From Acidobacteriota bacterium (GTDB lineage Bacteria; Acidobacteriota; UBA6911), in contig OY761556.1 of the NCBI GenBank assembly GCA_963664705.1, forward strand, positions 4,480,001 through 4,544,000: DNA of 64,000 bases, read 5' to 3'. This document shows, one piece after another, positions 19,729-28,921 of the stretch (position 1 is the first letter of the stretch; every line of letters begins with the position of its first letter). The notes under the pieces were generated by a model. The model searched no databases. It saw only the letters and a list, made by a program, of their open reading frames with translations, and was not told the origin of the DNA. The position numbers were made by a program, and so were the translations under genes.

Positions 19729-20002
19729 ACTCTCCCTTTAAAACCCCAACATACGCATACAGCGCACGTCCTCCAGCGACACTTCGGCCATCGAAATGTT
19801 TGGTTTATTCATGCGTATTGGATCGGGGTCATGTTGTGAATTGGCGCTGTGTTTTCTTCTATACCTCAGCAGCTGGTTGGATGCTCCTTGAATCCACTTC
19901 CTACCGCATAGGCGGAATTTTACACCAAAAAAATCTGAAAAGGCAGCAAGAATTCTCTAAATGACTATTCAGGAGAGGGTTGTTGCACCTCCCCCCTCTC
20001 TT

Positions 20003-21379
20003 CTATTCTTCGGCAGAATCAAAATAATGATTATAGTAGATCCGCTGGGCGGGATTCCGCACGACTCCGGACTGCAATTTCTCAAAGATCGTCCGAGCTG
20101 AGCCATCAATGGTCTGCAGCGGCGTAAAACCGAGCGCCTCATTTAGTTTAGAGAAAGAAACCCGGTAATCGCGCGCATCCAGATTAGAGCCATCCCGGAC
20201 AATCGGAATGCCTCCAAGAGCCGATCCGATCATCTCCGCCACCTGATCGATCTGATAGTTCTGCTCATCCGATCCTACATTAAAAATCTGGTTGCCGACA
20301 GCCTGGAGGTTCGATTCCAGACACCGAACATATACTTCAGCCGCATCCTCCACGCCAAGAAGCGGACGCCATTGCCGACCTCCGAACACCTGGATCTTCT
20401 TATCCACAAACGACTTCATGCTCATGGTATTCACCACCAGATCGAACCGCATTCTTGGCGAATATCCATAAAGAGTTCCCATGCGCAAAATCGTGGGACT
20501 GAAGTATTCATCGCCCATGCCCAGAATTATTTTTTCCGATTCAATCTTGGTGCGCGCATACAAAGAAACCGGGTTCAGGGGAGCGGCCTCATCAAGCAGG
20601 TCCGCACCAATTCCGTACACACTGCAGGTCGAGGCATACAAAAACCGGTTGATATGGTGCAGTTTACTGGCCGAGGCCAGCGCCTGGGCGGCCAGCACAT
20701 TGGTTTCGATCGTCTCGGTCGGGCGCACCTTTGATGCCGGATCCCCCACAATGGCAGCCAGAAGCACCACCGCATCGGTCTCGGCAAGCGAACTCACACA
20801 GGTGTGTATGTTTCGCAGGTCTCCCTCAATAATTTCTAGATTTTCATCCCCCGCTAACGGCTCCAGCGAGCGGCGGCCATAAATAAAGCTGTCAAGAATG
20901 CGAACCTTAAATCCTCGGCTTAAAAGCTTCTGGGTCAGCACGGTCCCCAGGTAACCCGCGCCTCCAACCACCAGAACTCTCCTGGAGGGCTCCAGCGAAC
21001 CCGAATCTATTTTGGGAAGGTTATGCATCTGGACCAGGTCTTCCACCGACAATATTTCCACAATTTTCCCGGCGGCGTTGATGATCGGCAAAAACCGGAT
21101 TCCATGCAACTGCATATCGGAAATCATTTGATCCGCGTTTTGCCGGTTTTTCAGGTCCGCCTGGGTGAACCTGAATGTATGCATCGGATAAGTCCCGATG
21201 CCTTCCTCGCTTTGGGCTCCACTGATCAGCAGTCGCCGCAGCTCCGCCTTGGCAGCGGCCCCCAGGTAGGTACCGGATTCGTCCAGCACAAAAGCAACGT
21301 CAAAGGAACTCTGCTCAATCAGTTGAATAGACTTTTGTATAGAGGTATTGCGTTCCAGACAAACTACAGGGTATTTCAT
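20003..21379 (-). CDS. NAD-dependent epimerase/dehydratase with N-terminal CBS-domain pair
   Basis: CBS-like VLDESGTYLG…LRR and LPIINAAGKIV; SDR motifs GGAGYLG, STCSVYG, YARTK; alternative GTG start at 21385. Confidence 0.85.
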   Translation of the reverse strand: MKYPVVCLERNTSIQKSIQLIEQSSFDVAFVLDESGTYLGAAAKAELRRLLISGAQSEEGIGTYPMHTFRFTQADLKNRQNADQMISDMQLHGIRFLPIINAAGKIVEILSVEDLVQMHNLPKIDSGSLEPSRRVLVVGGAGYLGTVLTQKLLSRGFKVRILDSFIYGRRSLEPLAGDENLEIIEGDLRNIHTCVSSLAETDAVVLLAAIVGDPASKVRPTETIETNVLAAQALASASKLHHINRFLYASTCSVYGIGADLLDEAAPLNPVSLYARTKIESEKIILGMGDEYFSPTILRMGTLYGYSPRMRFDLVVNTMSMKSFVDKKIQVFGGRQWRPLLGVEDAAEVYVRCLESNLQAVGNQIFNVGSDEQNYQIDQVAEMIGSALGGIPIVRDGSNLDARDYRVSFSKLNEALGFTPLQTIDGSARTIFEKLQSGVVRNPAQRIYYNHYFDSAEE

Positions 21380-21434
21380 GTCCACATGCTCCCAACCCCG
21401 AATACCGGGGGCGAGCCCGGAATTGGAACAGGGA

Positions 21435-21470
21435 CCGATTCCGATCCCGATTCCGATTACGGCCCCGATT
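21435..21470. repeat. Hexamer tandem repeat (CCGATY)n
   Basis: ccgattccgatcccgattccgattacggccccgatt. Confidence 0.65.
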
Positions 21471-21484
21471 TGCTTTATAACAGT

Positions 21485-22399
21485 TCACGCCTGGTGCTTC
21501 ATGAACCAATCGACATATCCGCGCATTGCATCTTCATAGGAGACTTCGGGCTCCCACCCCAGCAATTGGCGTGCTTTCTCCGATGAAATAAACCGTCCCT
21601 TGAAATTTCCTTTTCGATCTTCCACAAAAGAAATGGTCGCCTTCTTCCCAATGATCTCTTCCAGCGTTCTAACGATCTGAATCACGCTGATTTTTTTTCG
21701 ACCGTTCAGGTTGAAGATCTGATTTTCCGCCGCCTTGTTTACACAGGCTGCATTGCCGCGCGCGAGATCACGGATATAAATAAACTGCCTTGATTGGCTG
21801 CCATCTCCATGAATAGTGATTGGCTCCCCATGAAGGATGCGCCGGATGAAAATTGGAGTCACGGTTTCCGGGCGGGCTCTTTCACCAAACGGAATACCAT
21901 AGCGCATGATCGTATAATTGACGCCATACAGGGCATTATAGTTTTTGCAGAATAGCTCGGCGGCAATTTTCGATGATGTATAAATGTGATCTGGATTTCC
22001 CGTGGGCGGCGTTTCTTCGGTAATGTTTTCGTCGCCGGCATCGGGCAGGGATCCGTATACCCACTCGGTGGAGGCCAGGATTACGCGCGCAGCGGAGGTA
22101 CGCCGGGCTGCTTCGAGCACCGCGAGGGTAGCATTGGCCGTAATATCATTCGAAAACACCGGGCTCTCGAGAAATCTGTTTACGTTCGCCTCGGCTGCGA
22201 GCAAATAAACAATGTCTCCGTTCTTAACAAGCTGGGATAGACGATCGATGTCCCGGGTATCTCCCCGGACAAAGGCGCATGCCTGGCCATAGTGCGGAGC
22301 CTCCAGGTCATAAATAACAACCTCGTGTCCCTGCTCCATCAACGCATCCACCACGTGGGACCCGATAAACCCGGATCCGCCTGCAACAACGATTTTCAT
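21485..22399 (-). CDS. NAD-dependent epimerase/dehydratase (extended SDR)
   Basis: GGSGFIG, STEWVYG, YTSSK, GDGSQSRQFIYI; GAGG RBS. Confidence 0.9.
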   Translation of the reverse strand: MKIVVAGGSGFIGSHVVDALMEQGHEVVIYDLEAPHYGQACAFVRGDTRDIDRLSQLVKNGDIVYLLAAEANVNRFLESPVFSNDITANATLAVLEAARRTSAARVILASTEWVYGSLPDAGDENITEETPPTGNPDHIYTSSKIAAELFCKNYNALYGVNYTIMRYGIPFGERARPETVTPIFIRRILHGEPITIHGDGSQSRQFIYIRDLARGNAACVNKAAENQIFNLNGRKKISVIQIVRTLEEIIGKKATISFVEDRKGNFKGRFISSEKARQLLGWEPEVSYEDAMRGYVDWFMKHQA

Positions 22400-22486
22400 G
22401 CCTCTTCCTTTTGCTTTATAGGCAGACGGCCCCGGCATGCCCCATCACAATCCGATGCTCGCCAGGGCCGTCTGTCACCGATTCCG

Positions 22487-23806
22487 TTATTTTTCGTGAA
22501 TGCAGAACAATGTGTTCTGCCCTCGGAGAAAGATCTCACCCCCCACAATAGCCGGGGAAGCAACGAACATTTGATCCGCCAGGGTATTAGTCGCCAGGAC
22601 TTCAAAGCTCTCTCCCATCTTCAGAACAACCACATCCTCATTCTCACTGGAGAGATAGAGCTTGCCGTTGACTCCCACGGGGGAAGCCTTGAAGCTGTAT
22701 GTTTTCGGCAACCGTTGCTGTTGATAATAGGGAACACCTGTTTTGGCGCTATAGCAACTGATCATGCCATTGTCGGTCAGAACATATAACTTGTTATCGA
22801 AAAGCACTGGAGAAGCGGTATAGGAATTCCCCTTTGTCTGGCTCCAGACAACCGCATCCGTTCCAGTCAGATCGCCCTCTCTCCCGAGCTTGATGGCCAT
22901 CAGATTAGGATTAATGTAACCGCTCATGACAAACACCATGTCGTCCTGTCGAACCGGATGAGGGATCACATTGACCCCAAGTCCCCCGCACTCCCAGATC
23001 ACTTTGCCGGTTTCAAAATCATAGCTGCGCACCCTTTTGGAAGCAGAGACCAGAATTTGTTTTTTCCCGCCAAATTCAAAGACCAGGGGGGCAGCCCATC
23101 CGGATTTTTCGTCGCGATTGGCTCGCCAGATTTCATTCCCGGTCTTCTTGTCCAGGACAACCATGAAAGAATCTCCTTCATGGTCAAAAACGAGGATCAA
23201 CCGATCCCCCGAAAGGACAGGCCCCATTCCCTCGCCAAAGGACATGCGCATTTTCATCTGGATGCCAAAATCCTTCTTCCATACCAGCTTGCCGTTCATG
23301 TCATAGCAAAACATCCCGCGGGAACCAAAGAAGGCATAAACAAATTTTCCGTCCGTTACCGGCGAATTGGATGCAAAGCTGCCATATTGGGGGTGGTAGC
23401 CTTCATGAGGAACTCCGGTGGTCGCGGTCTGCTCCCATAGCAGCTTTCCCGTTTTGCGATCAAGGCACAGCACTTCAAACTTATGCTCGACCTGCGGGCC
23501 CGGCGTCGTCAGGCCCGGCTTGGCTCCGGGTGCAGGCTTGGGGGCCGGAGGCTCCGAGGCTGCCCCGATCTTGACTGCGGTGGTAAGGAAAATTTTATCG
23601 CCCCAGATCACCGGGCTGGAATGCCCGCGGCCAGGGATATTTGCCTTCCACTTTATATTTTGCGTATCACTCCAATGCAGAGGCGCATCGCCCACGGCCA
23701 TGCCATCGGCTGCAGGCCCACGCCAGTAAGCCCAATTCGTGTTCACTTGAGGCGCTGCACTTAAAGCCACCGCACACAACAGCAAAGTTGCCAGAACAGC
23801 TTTCAT
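22487..23806 (-). CDS. Secreted PQQ-binding-like beta-propeller repeat protein
   Basis: Signal peptide, WAYWRGP, GHSSPVIWG, repeated LDxxTGKxxW; GGAGG RBS. Confidence 0.9.
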   Translation of the reverse strand: MKAVLATLLLCAVALSAAPQVNTNWAYWRGPAADGMAVGDAPLHWSDTQNIKWKANIPGRGHSSPVIWGDKIFLTTAVKIGAASEPPAPKPAPGAKPGLTTPGPQVEHKFEVLCLDRKTGKLLWEQTATTGVPHEGYHPQYGSFASNSPVTDGKFVYAFFGSRGMFCYDMNGKLVWKKDFGIQMKMRMSFGEGMGPVLSGDRLILVFDHEGDSFMVVLDKKTGNEIWRANRDEKSGWAAPLVFEFGGKKQILVSASKRVRSYDFETGKVIWECGGLGVNVIPHPVRQDDMVFVMSGYINPNLMAIKLGREGDLTGTDAVVWSQTKGNSYTASPVLFDNKLYVLTDNGMISCYSAKTGVPYYQQQRLPKTYSFKASPVGVNGKLYLSSENEDVVVLKMGESFEVLATNTLADQMFVASPAIVGGEIFLRGQNTLFCIHEK

Positions 23807-24103
23807 ATGTCCCCCTCCGGTTGGTGCATAAGCTTCATCATTCAGGGGGATAAGGTCAAGAGAAACTTGGAAATGGATCCAATAAAGCCGGGCGCAGGCA
23901 GTGAGGCGGATTGGTTCCCCATGGACTGCCGCCGGCATTATTTGCGATACAGCACTTCCCTGCTCAATCACATCGCCGGCCAATTATTGGTTCTGAAATA
24001 TCGGCAGGAAGGCGACTATTGCCCGCGCCGCGCGGAATTCCATCGTTCATCGGGCAACGCAATTGCCGCCTGAGAAGACCGGGGCAGATCAAACGAATGC
24101 AGA

Positions 24104-24742
24104 TCAGGAAATGCAGGAATCGAAAATGCGGGATGCATCCGGCACGGGAATCCGAATGCGGTACTCGTTCATTTCCCGTCCTTCGGGAGTGGTGGCCCAG
24201 CCGGCAAGGCTGAATCCCAACTCCTGGTAGAATCGGTTCACGGCATCATTCTCAAGTCGATCTGTTGTCAGATTGACCTGAGTGCAGTTGCGGTGCGCAG
24301 CCTCCTCGAGGAACGCACGAACCAACTGCTTGCCGATCCCCATATGCTGGGCATTGGGAGCGACGGCAATAGACATCAGGGTGCCGCAGGTAGCTTCGAC
24401 ATTTGCTTTCGAAGGCATCTGAATCGCCCGGAAAAGACGCCCAATGATCCTGGGCCGTCGCAGCACCGGGCGGATGCTTGCCAGGAAGAACCGGAATAAG
24501 CGCCCGCGCAGCAGCCGTCTGTAGAAATCAGCAAGATGATCACTGCCGGCAACAAAGCCGGTTACGCTCTCTGCGCTCACAAAAACAAAAGCAATGCCGG
24601 AGGGGTCCGCGAGAATTCCGGCATATAGTTCACGCAGAAAACGAGGTCCCAGAAAAGACAAAAAGAACCCCTGGAAGGAAGCCATGTGGATTCGCACGAC
24701 ATCCGGAATATCATCTGATGATAATGGACGTACGCTGTTCAC
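24104..24742 (-). CDS. GNAT-family N-acetyltransferase
   Basis: SIAVAPNAQHMGIGKQL acetyl-CoA motif, NxxVNRFYQELGF. Confidence 0.85.
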   Translation of the reverse strand: MNSVRPLSSDDIPDVVRIHMASFQGFFLSFLGPRFLRELYAGILADPSGIAFVFVSAESVTGFVAGSDHLADFYRRLLRGRLFRFFLASIRPVLRRPRIIGRLFRAIQMPSKANVEATCGTLMSIAVAPNAQHMGIGKQLVRAFLEEAAHRNCTQVNLTTDRLENDAVNRFYQELGFSLAGWATTPEGREMNEYRIRIPVPDASRIFDSCIS

Positions 24743-24838
24743 TGCTTTCCATGAAAAAGGTAGATCTGTTTATAAAGCTATTATCGGGAATGCGAGCCTG
24801 AACGCAAAGCAAAATCTCGAGAGAAACCGGGACGCAGC

Positions 24839-25078
24839 TCAACTGAATATGCGATGGCGCCGGGAGTTTTTAACCGGGAGGTATGACATGCGTTTCGCGG
24901 CTCTTCGCTCCGGGCCGGAATACCTGGATTTCCTGATGCGTATGGGCTGGCTGCCAACAACGACCCATCCGCTCGAACGGCGAAACGCGGCAATTCTGCC
25001 CAGTTGTATCATTTGATCCAGTTTTGAAGCATCCAGCATGCCTTCGCTGTAATCATTGCCTATTACCTCAATCAACAT
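24839..25078 (-). CDS. Small GSU3473-family-like protein
   Basis: MLIEV…LDQMI…I..FRRSSGWVVVG..PIR…YSGPERR pattern; GAGG RBS. Confidence 0.7.
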   Translation of the reverse strand: MLIEVIGNDYSEGMLDASKLDQMIQLGRIAAFRRSSGWVVVGSQPIRIRKSRYSGPERRAAKRMSYLPVKNSRRHRIFS

Positions 25079-25098
25079 AAGCCACCTCTCTTCCTGAC

Positions 25099-26067
25099 TC
25101 AGTTGCGATAGCGCGGACTCCTGAAATCTGAGAATACGTTGCTGTGAATGGCCTGGATAACTTCTCTCGCACCATCCCCGATCCTGCGCCGGGTATTCAG
25201 GCCCAGTGTTTTTTTGATCTTCTCGAAGGAAACCCGATAGTCCCGCGGATCTTCGTTCTTATGCACTCTTTCGATTTCAACGGGGAAATCAAGCAACGAG
25301 CGGATCACGTCGACAATCTGCCCCTTGGTGTAGTTTTCGTCGCTGCTGCCGACATTGAAGACCTGGCCGCATACCCTTTCGACCGGGCTGTTCAGGACCA
25401 GGGTAATGGCTGCCACGACATCCGTTATGTGCACATAGGGACGCCAAAACTGTTCTCCAAAAATCGCGAGCCGGCGGTTTGTGAAAAGCTCCATTGCAAA
25501 TTCGTTGATAGTAAGGTCAAAGCGCATGCGCCGGGAAAGCCCGTGCAAGGTCGCAAAGCGAAGAATCGTTGGCGCGGGGCATGCCTTGGGGTGGCCGAGA
25601 AGCTTTTTCTCCACCGCAACCTTCGTCTCCGCATAAAGAGAGACCGGCCGCAATTCCGCCTCCTCATCGGCCGGCATGCCTGGATCCCTCATCTTGCCAT
25701 AGTTGCTGCAGGTTGATGAGAATACAAACCGCTGCACACCGGATTGAACGCTCGCTTCAAAGAGAGCCAGCGAGGCATCAAGGTTGATGGACTTCGCCAT
25801 TTCCGGCATCCGGGAACAGGCCGGGTCGCCCACGATCGCGGCAAGATGAATCACCGCATCCGTTCCGTGACATGCCTGTTCACACACGTCCTGCTTTCGA
25901 ATATCGCCTGGAATAAACTCAAAATTTTCCTGGCCCAAACATCCAAGCAGCGATTCACCGCCATACATCAATGAGTCCACTACCCGCACTTTGTGCCCGA
26001 GGGACAGAAGGCATGGCGTCAGCACAGACCCCAGATATCCGGCCCCTCCCGAAATTAGAATTCGCAT
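25099..26067 (-). CDS. NAD-dependent epimerase/dehydratase; paralog of the SDR domain of 20003-21379
   Basis: GGAGYLG, LAAIVGDPAC, SSTCSNYG, YAETK, RMRFDL, DPRDYRVSF; GGAGG RBS. Confidence 0.9.
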   Translation of the reverse strand: MRILISGGAGYLGSVLTPCLLSLGHKVRVVDSLMYGGESLLGCLGQENFEFIPGDIRKQDVCEQACHGTDAVIHLAAIVGDPACSRMPEMAKSINLDASLALFEASVQSGVQRFVFSSTCSNYGKMRDPGMPADEEAELRPVSLYAETKVAVEKKLLGHPKACPAPTILRFATLHGLSRRMRFDLTINEFAMELFTNRRLAIFGEQFWRPYVHITDVVAAITLVLNSPVERVCGQVFNVGSSDENYTKGQIVDVIRSLLDFPVEIERVHKNEDPRDYRVSFEKIKKTLGLNTRRRIGDGAREVIQAIHSNVFSDFRSPRYRN

Positions 26068-26429
26068 TGGACCCTCCTCCTGTCGCTATCGCGTCACATT
26101 GCCTGACCCTCAATAACTTCCATTTTCCTTACCGCCACTCGAGCATGATTTCGCTGCAAATAAGAAAAACGTGACAAAAAGCACAGTATTGGCTGCTTAT
26201 CTTCCGATAGAGTCTACGACGAACGAAGTAGTACCGAACGTTTCTGATAGGCCTGGTGCAAGCTCGCGCAAATATCGAGTCCGGCAAATCAGATTGGAAT
26301 GTGAAGTGTAAGTACCAGCACCTGCGGTTGTTCCAGTAACAGATCCTCGTGTACCGCCTCCTCACCGGCCTCTAATATCATTTCACAATCTCTCACTATG
26401 AACCTGGGCATTGCATAAGGACGGGGAGA

Positions 26430-27311
26430 ATGAAAAAGACCTGTGTGGTTTTTCTTAGCATAGTATCCGTTTTATTTGTATTTGGGCAGGCTTTTGCCTC
26501 TGATGCGACATTGGCATGGAATGCCGTGTCATCGGCAGAACTTGCAGGCTATAAGCTCTATTATGGTACGGTTTCAGGCAGCTATGGAACTTCTATCGTT
26601 GTAGGCAACAGCACGTCTTACACAATTTCAGGCCTTCAGGCCGGGACAACCTATTACATCGCGATCACAGCATACGATAGCGCTCTCAAAGAAAGTCCAT
26701 TTTCGGCTGAAATAACGGCGACAACGCCTCAGACGGCGCCATCGATATCCAATGTTCAAAATACACTTCTCACTTCAAATAGCGCCACCATTAGTTGGAA
26801 TACGAATCTGGCTTCGGACTCTAATGTGGATTATGGATTGGATACGAGCTACGGACTTACGGCATCGAACAGCAGTAATGTCACCAGTCACATCGGGAAT
26901 CTGGCCAACCTGAATGCCAGCACCCAGTATCACTACCGAGTGCGCTCCAAAACATCGACCGGGGTTCAATCAGCATCGGCCGATTTCACCCTCACCACAT
27001 TGACCGCTGCCGATACGACTCCACCGGTAATCACCGGGATCGCCAGCAGCAGCATTACCTACTCGGGCGCCGCAATATCGTGGACAACCAACGAGGGCGC
27101 CACCTCACAGGTACAATATGGGACAACCAGTCTTTATGGAAGCGCCTCCACGCTGAACAGCACTTTGCAAACATCGCATTACCAAGCCCTGGGCGGATTA
27201 TCTCCCAGCACGACATATCACTATCGAGTAGTGTCCAAGGACTCGGCCGGCAACATCGCAACCTCGCCTGATTTCACTTTCAGAACCGCGAAACGTCGCC
27301 AACAACGTTAG
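26430..27311 (+). CDS. Secreted protein with three fibronectin type III domains
   Basis: Signal peptide (QAFA), LAW…GYKLYYG…L.AGTTYY.A.TAYD, two repeats of ATISW.T…V.YG…YG…L..L…T.YHYRV.S. Confidence 0.88.
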   Translation: MKKTCVVFLSIVSVLFVFGQAFASDATLAWNAVSSAELAGYKLYYGTVSGSYGTSIVVGNSTSYTISGLQAGTTYYIAITAYDSALKESPFSAEITATTPQTAPSISNVQNTLLTSNSATISWNTNLASDSNVDYGLDTSYGLTASNSSNVTSHIGNLANLNASTQYHYRVRSKTSTGVQSASADFTLTTLTAADTTPPVITGIASSSITYSGAAISWTTNEGATSQVQYGTTSLYGSASTLNSTLQTSHYQALGGLSPSTTYHYRVVSKDSAGNIATSPDFTFRTAKRRQQR

Positions 27312-27414
27312 GTGAACATATCCAAAGAAAGGGACATCATTTATGTCGGCTGGAGCATCAAAAGACTTGAATAGGAACCGGTATCACCGAATCATTTTTA
27401 ATACGAGGCCAATT

Positions 27415-28860
27415 ATGCAGAGACATTCATATTTTATTAGGGCATTTGTGCTGATTGTTTTGCCCTTCCTGCTCCTCCAGGCTCCGTCCTTTGCCGCATC
27501 CGGATTCCCCGGTGCGGAGGGTTTTGGAGCCAATACCATCGGGGGCCGTGGAGGACACGTTTACGAGGTAACATCGCTCAGCGACTCCGGCACGGGAAGC
27601 CTGCGCGAATGCGTGAATGCAAGCGGTCCGAGGATCTGCGTCTTCAGGGTCGGCGGACTCATCACTCTCAGCACACCACTCGTGATCAGCAACCCCTACA
27701 TTACCATTGCCGGCCAAACAGCACCTGGCGGGGGGATTACGCTCCGAAAGGCATCTGGAGGCGACGTGTTTTCCACCCGGACGCACGATGTAATCATGCG
27801 ATACCTTACCGTCAGACCCGGTCCCGGGGGCGAAAACCATGCGGATCAGATCGGAGTGAACAATGTTGCCCTCAATAACATCCTGATCGATCACTGCACT
27901 TTTAGCTGGGGTGTGGACTCAAATATTGAAACCTGGTATCGCGTCACCAACGCGACAATCCAATGGTCCATGATTTCCGAGGCGCTCGATTGCAGTACGC
28001 ATTCCAAAGGATGCCATAGCAAAGGCCTCATGATCGGTGGATTTGCCGGCAACGAGGCGGGGACAACCATGGGCGCGGAAAATGTATCGGTACTCCACAA
28101 TCTTATAGCCCATAGCGGAGAACGCACTCCACTGATGCAGCTTTGCGGTCCCGCCCAGGTTATCAACAATGTAACCTATAACCCGTACTGGGCTTTTGCC
28201 GAACAGCAGGACGACTGCGTTCTCCCCTCAAACAACACCATTAACTGGATCGGGAACTATAACAAGAAGGGACCCGACAGCACATCCAATAGCGGCCTTA
28301 TTGTCATTCCGGCAGATTCAGGAATCTATGCCGGCTACTCAAAAGCGTATGTTAAGGGGAATATCGGCCCCAGCCGACCGAATGACACGTATCCGGAAAG
28401 CAACTGGGTCGATTCCAGGTACCGAACATTCGTGGTGACCTCTCCCGTGGCCGCACCTTCGGTCACGACCACGGATGCCACAACCGCCTTTAACGATGTG
28501 CTGGCCGATGTCGGCAACAATCGTGGACTGACTTGCGATGGAGCATGGTTTAATCGGCGGGACTCCATAGATGCCCGAGTCGTAAACGATGTCAAGAACG
28601 GCACCGGCCACATTATTGACGATCCCGCCGAAGTCGGCGGCTGGATTACGCCGGCTCCGGGCACGCAATGCCAGGATTCCGACCATGACGGCATTCCCGA
28701 TGCCTGGGAATTACTGCATGGCCTTAATCCCGCAGATCAGTCCGATGCAGCCAAGGTAAATTCAAGCGGATATACCAATCTGGACGAATACCTGGCGGGA
28801 TCCGCTGTCATCAACACACTGGCAGCTCCCACCGGCCTGCATGTCGTGAATGTCAATTAA
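27415..28860 (+). CDS. Secreted pectate lyase family (PL1-like) protein with C-terminal DxDxDG Ca-binding motif
   Basis: FPGAEGFG…GGRGG, GTGSLR, TIAGQTAPG, IDHCTFSWGVD, RTP, DSDHDGIPDAWE, GYTNLDEYL. Confidence 0.88.
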   Translation: MQRHSYFIRAFVLIVLPFLLLQAPSFAASGFPGAEGFGANTIGGRGGHVYEVTSLSDSGTGSLRECVNASGPRICVFRVGGLITLSTPLVISNPYITIAGQTAPGGGITLRKASGGDVFSTRTHDVIMRYLTVRPGPGGENHADQIGVNNVALNNILIDHCTFSWGVDSNIETWYRVTNATIQWSMISEALDCSTHSKGCHSKGLMIGGFAGNEAGTTMGAENVSVLHNLIAHSGERTPLMQLCGPAQVINNVTYNPYWAFAEQQDDCVLPSNNTINWIGNYNKKGPDSTSNSGLIVIPADSGIYAGYSKAYVKGNIGPSRPNDTYPESNWVDSRYRTFVVTSPVAAPSVTTTDATTAFNDVLADVGNNRGLTCDGAWFNRRDSIDARVVNDVKNGTGHIIDDPAEVGGWITPAPGTQCQDSDHDGIPDAWELLHGLNPADQSDAAKVNSSGYTNLDEYLAGSAVINTLAAPTGLHVVNVN

Positions 28861-28873
28861 GTGAGAGCGTGGA

Positions 28874-28898
28874 GGCCTGAGGCCACAGTCCTCAGGCC
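28874..28898. terminator. Hairpin between convergent genes
   Basis: GGCCTGAGG-N7-CCTCAGGCC. Confidence 0.5.
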
Positions 28899-28921
28899 CC
28901 GCACTTGCCTGCCAATCCTCT

